A stretch of DNA of 64,000 bases from the NCBI GenBank assembly GCA_963669225.2, contig CAXXMW010000008.1:24778-88777 (forward strand). The letters are read 5' to 3'. How positions within the stretch are numbered: position 1 is the stretch's first letter; the number at the start of each line of letters is the position of its first letter. The notes under the pieces are model-generated. The model was given only the letters and a program-made list of their open reading frames with translations. It searched no databases and was not told the DNA's origin. Below are positions 53,108-62,800 of the stretch, in pieces. Both the position numbers and the translations under genes were made by a program. The stretch is from an uncultured Arenicella sp. (lineage in GTDB: Bacteria; Pseudomonadota; Gammaproteobacteria; Arenicellales; Arenicellaceae).

Positions 53108-54121
53108 AGTTGTGAAAACACAACCAGAGGGAGATGAAACGCGTATGGTGTTGCAAAAAATTCAGGCGAGACGAATAAATGTAGAACGATGAATGTTGAT
53201 AAAAATGGCGGTCGTTTTTTTAAAAAAGTTCAACAAAAAAATCGAGTCGCGTTTGACCCTCCTCACAAACAAAGAACAATAGTTTGAGGGGGGTCACAAA
53301 ACTTTAACAATGATAACAATATTCAATAACAATAATTTTAACAAATTTTTAACAATAAAGAACTTACTTTTTTTCGTGGTGAAAAAAGAACTCAGACAAA
53401 AAATTTTACCTTCTAGTCTGCTTTATTTCTGTGTAGTGTACACAGAAGGCACAAGGCCTTGAAGTTTTTGGGGAGGGGAAGGGAGCGGTCATACTTTTCT
53501 ATATAAACTAAGGAGACCTAGCTAGCCACATTCGCCGACCCATTCAACAATACAATAAATATCCATTCATCCATCGCCTTTTGCGCTACAATCACCACAA
53601 TACCACATTTGCTCTATGAAGAAGTCCTACTTAAAATCCCGAGATTCGTGAATGATTTTATTTACAAGTATGATTTATTTACAATGAATGTGATGGGAAT
53701 GGGAGAAAAACCCCGAAATATATATAAAAACAAGGAAAAATCCCCCGTTTGGTTGCCCTCCCATCCCCCCGTCTATAAAATTGGAGGCCGACTGTTTTCC
53801 GGGGCGAAAGAACCGGAAACAAGTCGGACCTACCCTAGGTGGGGCAGGGATCCTAATCTACAGGGGTGAAAAGAATTTAGGGGTCGGGCGCGGTATGGGT
53901 TAATACAAGTAGGTGATATGATTTTTATACATATGAATGTTCAAGATCTTCAGTAAACGTGGACTGGGATACGGATTGAGGTACAAAAATAATGGGGATG
54001 GGGAAGATCTTGAGAACTAACAACTAGATGACGGGGACAATGACTCACAAACATACTGCTAACTAGGTACCTGGGTACCAAAAGAAAAAGGGAACAGTTT
54101 TACTCACCAGGGGTGGGGTCC

Positions 54122-57100
54122 CTAAGGACCCGTACCGTAGACGCCATGAGCCGGCAGAGGAGGGAAGGATGACTCCAACGTTGCTCCCTTTCGCACGACC
54201 AGGCTCGCTGCATTCACCCACCTTTTGCTGAATGTTATGCGATCCAAGCGTTTTCTATCGCATCTGATTTTGACCCTCAGCTGATGCCGAAAATACAAAA
54301 TCAGATCACGATGAGAAAAGTTTGCATCGTCATACAATCCCTTGTTTCGCGTCGTCCAAATCACCATTCTAGCTACAGCTAGGATCGCGAGAAACACCAC
54401 ACGCTTCTCACCCTGATACGGAGGAAGAACGTTGTCCACGACGTAACCAACGTCGAGCAGCACGAGCTGTTTGGGTTCGATGCGAGCCGTCCACTCGCCG
54501 ACGTGATCCCAAAACGGGCGAACTCGCTCGCAGTAGTAGAAGGCGTGCTCAGCCGTTTCTTCCAAGCCACTGCCGCAGCGAGCGCAATCGGGCATGTCTG
54601 CCAGGCCCGCTTTGTAGTTCAAGCCGACAAGGGGTAACGCATTTCGCACAAGTCGCCAGGTGAGCGAGAACTCGGAGTTGTTCAAGAAGCTCGATCCTGG
54701 CGCCCAATTCCAATGAGAGCGAATCTCCTCCGTCGTCCAGCCGTGCCGCTCGCTGAGAGGATCAGAAGCGGAACCCACCACTAGCTCCCGATATAGTTCT
54801 TTTCGAGGCCGTGAAAGGTCACTGGACCCAAGAAGGTTACGAAGGGCCGTTCGGCACTCGCGGACAAACAGTGTTTCGCCCAAAGGCCTACGTCGACCTT
54901 CAGCCTTTGGGTCTGACTTTAGGCGAGGAAAAGTCCGACTCGCCTTCAGTCTCCACACTGCGTCCCCCGTCAAAGCTCTGCCCAGGTATGCAAGTCTTTC
55001 AGCAAGCCAGTGGCTCTCCAGATCAGGCATACCTAGACCCCCGTTGCGTGTACGTTGGATACAGACCTGCCTACGGACCATCGGCCTTGCACCTCCCCAG
55101 AGCAATCTGGAAAGGGATCGTTGCAGCGCCAACCGATTTACCTTAGGCAGAGGAAGTACAGCCAATCGGTAAAGGATCAAGGGGAAGACGTACACGGCGC
55201 ACGCCTCCGCCCTGCCCTTTAAGGACAACCTCCTTGAAAGCCAGATTCCCACCTGAGCATTCACCTTGGCTTGTATTTCCGACCAATTTCGCTCCAGTTG
55301 GAGGCCGGGCCCGAACCACACCCCGAGGATGCGGACGGGTCCGTCACTCCAGCGGAACGGCCCCGGAAGAGTATTGCTACCCCTCCAAGCACCGAGCCGC
55401 AAACCTTCGCTTTTGTCAAAATTGACCTTGGCTCCTGCAATCCGCTCGTACTCGCTAACCGCCTTCTTCACAGCCTTTATATCCAGACGGCGGGATACAA
55501 ACACTGTGATATCATCGGCGAACGCGGAAACCCTTGCCGTAAGAGGGCCAGCAAAAGGGACACCGCGCAGGGCCGGATTTGCCGTCCTATCCCTAAGCCT
55601 ACGGAGCAGGGGCTCCAAAGCTAGGACATAGAGAAGAGGAGACAACGGGCAGCCCTGCCGGACCGACCGCTCGACCGCGAACACCGTCGAACGCCTTCCG
55701 TTCACCTGCACCACTGCCTGAGGGTTGTGGTACATCATGCTAATCCATCTGCGGAACTCCGGTTTGAATCCGGCAGTCTCCAAAACAGTCGCCAAAAACC
55801 GATGGTCAACCCTATCGAAGGCCTTGGACTGATCTAAACTGATCAGCGCGGCCTCGGTGCCGTCTTCTATACCCTCTAGGACCTCGCGAATCAAGTGCAG
55901 GTTGTCCTGGATCGATCTTCCCTTCACAGCAAAGGTCTGCTCAGAGCCGATCAGATCGCTAATGACAAGCTGTAAACGATTCGCTAAGACCCGGGCCAAA
56001 ATCTTTAACTCTGTGTTAAGCAGAGTTATGGGCCTGTAATCGTCTAAACCCTCCCAAACATGCCTGCCACCTTTCTTCAGCAATGTGATCACGCCCTTGG
56101 TAACGCTACCAGGGATGGCTCCCTGGGCGAACCAATGGTTGAACATATCCGTCAGAATAGGCACAAACATGTGCGACATCCTCAAGTACACTTCGTAGGG
56201 CAAACCATCTAGTCCCGGCGACTTGTTCAGGCCGACCTGCTTCAACGCGTCACGGACTTCGCATTCAGTAACCACACCCTCGCAGCTAGCCGCTTCAGCC
56301 ACCCCAAGGCGGGGAAAGTCGGCAAGATAGCTACGAAACTCCCGGAGCGGGAGATCAGTACAGCGGGCAAAGCGATCCCGAAAGTGCGCCCGAAAGGCGT
56401 CACGAATCTCGCGAGCCGATCGCAGCAGTCGCCCATCCGGGGCCTTGACAGAACCGATATACCGATCGGGGAACCTTCGCACTTCTTCTTCACGCGCAGT
56501 CGCGTTCGTTTTCACAGCTTCGTTGAGAACTCTCTTTAACCTAGATCTAACTACGTATCCCTTGTAGCGCTCGCTACTCTCGCGCTCAAGGTCCCCCCTA
56601 GCTAGCTCTACGTTTAGGGAGTCCCCCCCAGCCACCGCCCGGGAAAGTCTATCGTCTATAGATTTCGCTTCCTTGGTCCTATCTAGGTTGAGCTGTTGAC
56701 CGTACTTGGTAGCGAAATCTCTAATCCTATGTTTAAGAGATCCCCACCACCTATTCCCGGTAACCGCCCCCACTAACGCCCGCTGAATTAGGGATTCCAG
56801 CCGGTCCCGGAAGTCCCGTATCTCCAGTAAGGAGGTATTGAACTTCCAGTAGCCGGCCAGACTAGGCCTATTTGCTAACCGTAGACTGACTCTAACAAGT
56901 TTATGGTCAGTCCACGCTATCAAGTGGAACGTGGGACAACTAACAAAATCAATGTCAGCTCGTCTCACTAACACTCTGTCCAAGTAGGAGCCTACTTTGG
57001 CAGAGGGCGAACTATCTAGCCACGTCCACATCTCCCGCCCTGGGTGATCCAGACGAAACCTGTCGACGAGGTCATGACGAGTCATGAGGCCGGCAAGGCT

Positions 57101-57589
57101 GCTTTCACACCTTCCCACACGCCTAGCTCCCCGCCCGACCTTATCTATCTTGGGATCAAGGATCGCATTCCAATCACCCATTAAAACTAGCCGCTTCGTA
57201 TCGTCCAGGAACGGCGCCAACCGACGAAAAAAGGAAACCCTCTCCACAACGATATTGGGCGCATAAACCGCAACCAGACGAAACTTGAAACTTTTCACGG
57301 CAACATCGGCCACAACCAGTCGGCCCCCGTCACCTGCAAAAACAACGTCAACATCAGCATCAAGGCTGCGTCCAACTAGCAAAGAAACCCCAACGCTGGT
57401 ACGGCTGCCGTATGCTGAGAAAACGTTAAAATCGCTTTCCAGCACACGACAGTCGGCACCGCAAGTGAAGTGGGTTTCCTGCACTGCAGCAACATCTACG
57501 CCGAGAGTTTTAAGTTCACCAAGCAAGCGCGTACACTTGCCCGGATCCCTCAATCCCCTCACATTCAAAGTAGCAAGGTTTAGAGCCAT
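54122..57589 (-). CDS. U9 ORF2p, intact
   Basis: Open frame in the track (54122..57598). Confidence 0.96.
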   Translation of the reverse strand: MALNLATLNVRGLRDPGKCTRLLGELKTLGVDVAAVQETHFTCGADCRVLESDFNVFSAYGSRTSVGVSLLVGRSLDADVDVVFAGDGGRLVVADVAVKSFKFRLVAVYAPNIVVERVSFFRRLAPFLDDTKRLVLMGDWNAILDPKIDKVGRGARRVGRCESSLAGLMTRHDLVDRFRLDHPGREMWTWLDSSPSAKVGSYLDRVLVRRADIDFVSCPTFHLIAWTDHKLVRVSLRLANRPSLAGYWKFNTSLLEIRDFRDRLESLIQRALVGAVTGNRWWGSLKHRIRDFATKYGQQLNLDRTKEAKSIDDRLSRAVAGGDSLNVELARGDLERESSERYKGYVVRSRLKRVLNEAVKTNATAREEEVRRFPDRYIGSVKAPDGRLLRSAREIRDAFRAHFRDRFARCTDLPLREFRSYLADFPRLGVAEAASCEGVVTECEVRDALKQVGLNKSPGLDGLPYEVYLRMSHMFVPILTDMFNHWFAQGAIPGSVTKGVITLLKKGGRHVWEGLDDYRPITLLNTELKILARVLANRLQLVISDLIGSEQTFAVKGRSIQDNLHLIREVLEGIEDGTEAALISLDQSKAFDRVDHRFLATVLETAGFKPEFRRWISMMYHNPQAVVQVNGRRSTVFAVERSVRQGCPLSPLLYVLALEPLLRRLRDRTANPALRGVPFAGPLTARVSAFADDITVFVSRRLDIKAVKKAVSEYERIAGAKVNFDKSEGLRLGAWRGSNTLPGPFRWSDGPVRILGVWFGPGLQLERNWSEIQAKVNAQVGIWLSRRLSLKGRAEACAVYVFPLILYRLAVLPLPKVNRLALQRSLSRLLWGGARPMVRRQVCIQRTRNGGLGMPDLESHWLAERLAYLGRALTGDAVWRLKASRTFPRLKSDPKAEGRRRPLGETLFVRECRTALRNLLGSSDLSRPRKELYRELVVGSASDPLSERHGWTTEEIRSHWNWAPGSSFLNNSEFSLTWRLVRNALPLVGLNYKAGLADMPDCARCGSGLEETAEHAFYYCERVRPFWDHVGEWTARIEPKQLVLLDVGYVVDNVLPPYQGEKRVVFLAILAVARMVIWTTRNKGLYDDANFSHRDLILYFRHQLRVKIRCDRKRLDRITFSKRWVNAASLVVRKGATLESSFPPLPAHGVYGTGP

Positions 57590-57603
57590 CAATCCCACTT
57601 ACC

Positions 57604-59553
57604 TTACTCAGTGTCGACTACGGGCCGGAAATCCTTCGGGGTGAGGATGCCGACGGCCTGACGCAGGGATCCGGTGCCGAGCTCAGTACTTACTCGGTCG
57701 TCCCTGGTAATTCCACCGACATCCATAGGGTACCGCAACTTTAGGGACCTATAGAATGATGGGTGAACCAAAATCGGGACCCTGCCCGCACAGAAGGGTA
57801 GCATTTTTTTCAGCATTGGATTTTTCGTATCGACCAGCATTACATCCGCCCGGCTGGCTTCGTCAATAAAGTTCCAGAGTTCTTTGGTCCGATTGCCAGC
57901 CAAGCGGACGAATGTGGTCAATTTTGGTGCGTCCTTGAATAGATGTGGTTTTGTGATGTCTTTAGTGTCAATTTTTTGGAGTGAGCGTAATGGTTTTAAT
58001 GATTGTTTTAAAGTGTGGTCTATGTGTGGATTGTCCATGATATCTTCGCAGAAGTAAAAAGAGTTTATGGCACGTCGGGCTTCCGTAGAGCGTGCTCTTG
58101 GTTTTTGAACAGTTGCTGCTGATGTTGACGGTGTTTGGGGAGAGGGTGTAAGTCTGGTTGCTGAATAGGATCGAGTAAGCATTTTGGGGGTTTTAATTGG
58201 TGAAAGAGAGGGGGGTAATGGTGTTTCTGTTGGGATGATAGGGGTGGTTTTTGTTTTTTGTGGGAGAGGAATCAATTGTGCTGGTCTTTGTTTATTTTGG
58301 ACTGGCGATTTTTCTGTTGTTTTTTCCCCCTTATGCTGAGGTATGGTGGTTGTTTGTGTGGGTTTTTTTGGATGTTTTTTCTCCCCCTCTTTAGTTGGTG
58401 AGTCCTCGCTGTCTCTCCTTCTTTTTAAATTCATGGACATATCCATCGGTTCAATGTTTTGATTGTCTTCTTTTGTTGATTGTTTTGCAGTTGATTGTTT
58501 CGTATTTGTTGTCGTTGGTTTCGTAGTTGTAGTCAAAAGAGTTGTTGTATCTGTTGTTGCTGGGTTTTTTGGGGGAGTTTTTTTCCCTCCCTTTTTTCTG
58601 GTGACTTGCGTCCACCCTTTCTCATTTTCTTTAGGGGTTTCTTGTTTGTTTTCTGAGGTTTCTGTTGGTATTATTGCTGCTATGACAGGTGAAGGAGTAT
58701 CAGTAGTAGTAGCAGTAGTAGTAGTCGTTGTTGTGGTGGTGATTGTTGGTTTTTGAGGGCAGTTTTTTGAAAAGTGGCCGATGTTATTGCAGGACCAACA
58801 TAGCGGTTTCCTGCCCTCAACGATGACTGTCATGGTTTGATCGCGGTAACGTATTTTATGGGGAATTTTGTTAAACCCTCCCCTATCGAGGCACATAACG
58901 AATACGTAGTCACCGTACGCGGTTCCCCGTGTTGACGTTACTTGTGTGACTTGTTCCACGCCGCCGTATATACTTAGATAGGCGGCGAGGACGTCACCAC
59001 TCAATTGCATAGATACATTGCATACGGTGACTCGTATTCTTCTTTTGCCTCGATATTCCGGTTGTAGCCGGAAGAAGCGTGTGGTGATGTTACCACCGGC
59101 GAGGCTTTTCGCTACTTCCTCTGAGGGTAATAAGACATCCCAGGTCGCGAAACTTCTGCGGCAGAAGTACTTCCCTGGGATGTTTGCTGTTTTGAGAAGG
59201 TCCTCAAAAGTTTCCTTCTTAATCCCCGCTAGTCTCTTGGTCTTAATGTCTGTGACTACGAAGGACAGGGTCTTCGGTTCGACCGCCTCGACCAATTCGG
59301 GTATTGGGAGAATTTCCCCGTCCTTGAAATACTTTTCATACTTTTCGACCCTGTCTCTTGCGTAGTCACAAGGGGATTTTTTATTCACGCAATGTGAAGA
59401 CCAAGAGACAGCCGTTTCTTTTTGTTTTTGTGCCGGTGGTATTGTACTTGCCGATGAAGAGAGGTCGAATGGAGCTTCTTCCGGCATTGGGGAGGGTTGC
59501 GTTTGGAATATGTCGGTCGGTGATTGCGATTTCATGTTGTTGGGCTCCCCCAT
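57604..59553 (-). CDS. U9 ORF1p, 649 aa
   Basis: Open frame. Confidence 0.92.
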   Translation of the reverse strand: MGEPNNMKSQSPTDIFQTQPSPMPEEAPFDLSSSASTIPPAQKQKETAVSWSSHCVNKKSPCDYARDRVEKYEKYFKDGEILPIPELVEAVEPKTLSFVVTDIKTKRLAGIKKETFEDLLKTANIPGKYFCRRSFATWDVLLPSEEVAKSLAGGNITTRFFRLQPEYRGKRRIRVTVCNVSMQLSGDVLAAYLSIYGGVEQVTQVTSTRGTAYGDYVFVMCLDRGGFNKIPHKIRYRDQTMTVIVEGRKPLCWSCNNIGHFSKNCPQKPTITTTTTTTTTATTTDTPSPVIAAIIPTETSENKQETPKENEKGWTQVTRKKGGKKTPPKNPATTDTTTLLTTTTKPTTTNTKQSTAKQSTKEDNQNIEPMDMSMNLKRRRDSEDSPTKEGEKKHPKKPTQTTTIPQHKGEKTTEKSPVQNKQRPAQLIPLPQKTKTTPIIPTETPLPPSLSPIKTPKMLTRSYSATRLTPSPQTPSTSAATVQKPRARSTEARRAINSFYFCEDIMDNPHIDHTLKQSLKPLRSLQKIDTKDITKPHLFKDAPKLTTFVRLAGNRTKELWNFIDEASRADVMLVDTKNPMLKKMLPFCAGRVPILVHPSFYRSLKLRYPMDVGGITRDDRVSTELGTGSLRQAVGILTPKDFRPVVDTE

Positions 59554-59848
59554 AGTTGTGAAAACACAACCAGAGGGAGATGAAACGCGTATGGTGTTGC
59601 AAAAAATTCAGGCGAGACGAATAAATGTAGAACGATGAATGTTGATAAAAATGGCGGTCGTTTTTTTAAAAAAGTTCAACAAAAAAATCGAGTCGCGTTT
59701 GACCCTCCTCACAAACAAAGAACAATAGTTTGAGGGGGGTCACAAAACTTTAACAATGATAACAATATTCAATAACAATAATTTTAACAAATTTTTAACA
59801 ATAAAGAACTTACTTTTTTTCGTGGTGAAAAAGAACTCAGACAAAAAA

Positions 59849-62800
59849 TTTACCTTCTAGTCTGCTTTATTTCTGTGTAGTGTACACAGAAGGCACAAGG
59901 CCTTGAAGTTTTTGGGGAGGGGAAGGGAGCGGTCATACTTTTCTATATAAACTAAGGAGACCTAGCTAGCCACATTCGCCGACCCATTCAACAATACAAT
60001 AAATATCCATTCATCCATCGCCTTTTGCGCTACAATCACCACAATACCACATTTGCTCTATGAAGAAGTCCTACTTAAAATCCCGAGATTCATGAATGAT
60101 TTTATGATTTATTTACAATGAATGTGATGGGAATGGGAGAAAAACCCCGAAATATATATAAAAACAAGGAAAAATCCCCCGTTTGGTTGCCCTCCCATCC
60201 CCCCGTCTATAAAATTGGAGGCCGACTGTTTTCCGGGGCGAAAGAACCGGAAACAAGTCGGACCTACCCTAGGTGGGGCAGGGATCCTAATCTACAGGGG
60301 TGAAAAGAATTTAGGGGTCGGGCGCGGTATGGGTTAATACAAGTAGGTGATATGATTTTTATACATATGAATGTTCAAGATCTTCAGTAAACGTGGACTG
60401 GGATACGGATTGAGGTACAAAAATAATGGGGATGGGGAAGATCTTGAGAACTAACAACTAGATGACGGGGACAATGACTCACAAACATACTGCTAACTAG
60501 GTACCTGGGTACCAAAAGAAAAAGGGAACAGTTTTACTCACCAGGGGTGGGGTCCCTAAGGACCCGTACCGTAGACGCCATGAGCCGGCAGAGGAGGGAA
60601 GGATGACTCCAACGTTGCTCCCTTTCGCACGACCAGGCTCGCTGCATTCACCCACCTTTTGCTGAATGTTATGCGATCCAAGCGTTTTCTATCGCATCTG
60701 ATTTTGACCCTCAGCTGATGCCGAAAATACAAAATCAGATCACGATGAGAAAAGTTTGCATCGTCATACAATCCCTTGTTTCGCGTCGTCCAAATCACCA
60801 TTCTAGCTACAGCTAGGATCGCGAGAAACACCACACGCTTCTCACCCTGATACGGAGGAAGAACGTTGTCCACGACGTAACCAACGTCGAGCAGCACGAG
60901 CTGTTTGGGTTCGATGCGAGCCGTCCACTCGCCGACGTGATCCCAAAACGGGCGAACTCGCTCGCAGTAGTAGAAGGCGTGCTCAGCCGTTTCTTCCAAG
61001 CCACTGCCGCAGCGAGCGCAATCGGGCATGTCTGCCAGGCCCGCTTTGTAGTTCAAGCCGACAAGGGGTAACGCATTTCGCACAAGTCGCCAGGTGAGCG
61101 AGAACTCGGAGTTGTTCAAGAAGCTCGATCCTGGCGCCCAATTCCAATGAGAGCGAATCTCCTCCGTCGTCCAGCCGTGCCGCTCGCTGAGAGGATCAGA
61201 AGCGGAACCCACCACTAGCTCCCGATATAGTTCTTTTCGAGGCCGTGAAAGGTCACTGGACCCAAGAAGGTTACGAAGGGCCGTTCGGCACTCGCGGACA
61301 AACAGTGTTTCGCCCAAAGGCCTACGTCGACCTTCAGCCTTTGGGTCTGACTTTAGGCGAGGAAAAGTCCGACTCGCCTTCAGTCTCCACACTGCGTCCC
61401 CCGTCAAAGCTCTGCCCAGGTATGCAAGTCTTTCAGCAAGCCAGTGGCTCTCCAGATCAGGCATACCTAGACCCCCGTTGCGTGTACGTTGGATACAGAC
61501 CTGCCTACGGACCATCGGCCTTGCACCTCCCCAGAGCAATCTGGAAAGGGATCGTTGCAGCGCCAACCGATTTACCTTAGGCAGAGGAAGTACAGCCAAT
61601 CGGTAAAGGATCAAGGGGAAGACGTACACGGCGCACGCCTCCGCCCTGCCCTTTAAGGACAACCTCCTTGAAAGCCAGATTCCCACCTGAGCATTCACCT
61701 TGGCTTGTATTTCCGACCAATTTCGCTCCAGTTGGAGGCCGGGCCCGAACCACACCCCGAGGATGCGGACGGGTCCGTCACTCCAGCGGAACGGCCCCGG
61801 AAGAGTATTGCTACCCCTCCAAGCACCGAGCCGCAAACCTTCGCTTTTGTCAAAATTGACCTTGGCTCCTGCAATCCGCTCGTACTCGCTAACCGCCTTC
61901 TTCACAGCCTTTATATCCAGACGGCGGGATACAAACACTGTGATATCATCGGCGAACGCGGAAACCCTTGCCGTAAGAGGGCCAGCAAAAGGGACACCGC
62001 GCAGGGCCGGATTTGCCGTCCTATCCCTAAGCCTACGGAGCAGGGGCTCCAAAGCTAGGACATAGAGAAGAGGAGACAACGGGCAGCCCTGCCGGACCGA
62101 CCGCTCGACCGCGAACACCGTCGAACGCCTTCCGTTCACCTGCACCACTGCCTGAGGGTTGTGGTACATCATGCTAATCCATCTGCGGAACTCCGGTTTG
62201 AATCCGGCAGTCTCCAAAACAGTCGCCAAAAACCGATGGTCAACCCTATCGAAGGCCTTGGACTGATCTAAACTGATCAGCGCGGCCTCGGTGTCGTCTT
62301 CTATACCCTCTAGGACCTCGCGAATCAAGTGCAGGTTGTCCTGGATCGATCTTCCCTTCACAGCAAAGGTCTGCTCAGAGCCGATCAGATCGCTAATGAC
62401 AAGCTGTAAACGATTCGCTAAGACCCGGGCCAAAATCTTTAACTCTGTGTTAAGCAGAGTTATGGGCCTGTAATCGTCTAAACCCTCCCAAACATGCCTG
62501 CCACCTTTCTTCAGCAATGTGATCACGCCCTTGGTAACGCTACCAGGGATGGCTCCCTGGGCGAACCAATGGTTGAACATATCCGTCAGAATAGGCACAA
62601 ACATGTGCGACATCCTCAAGTACACTTCGTAGGGCAAACCATCTAGTCCCGGCGACTTGTTCAGGCCGACCTGCTTCAACGCGTCACGGACTTCGCATTC
62701 AGTAACCACACCCTCGCAGCTAGCCGCTTCAGCCACCCCAAGGCGGGGAAAGTCGGCAAGATAGCTACGAAACTCCCGGAGCGGGAGATCAGTACAGCGG

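Larger units (their letters stand above)
46958..53403 (-). mobile_element. U8 full-length element, both ORFs intact
   Basis: Junctions at 46957/46958 and 53403/53404 (tail TTTTACC). Confidence 0.95.
53404..59848 (-). mobile_element. U9 full-length element, both ORFs intact
   Basis: Junctions at 53403/53404 and 59848/59849. Confidence 0.95.
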
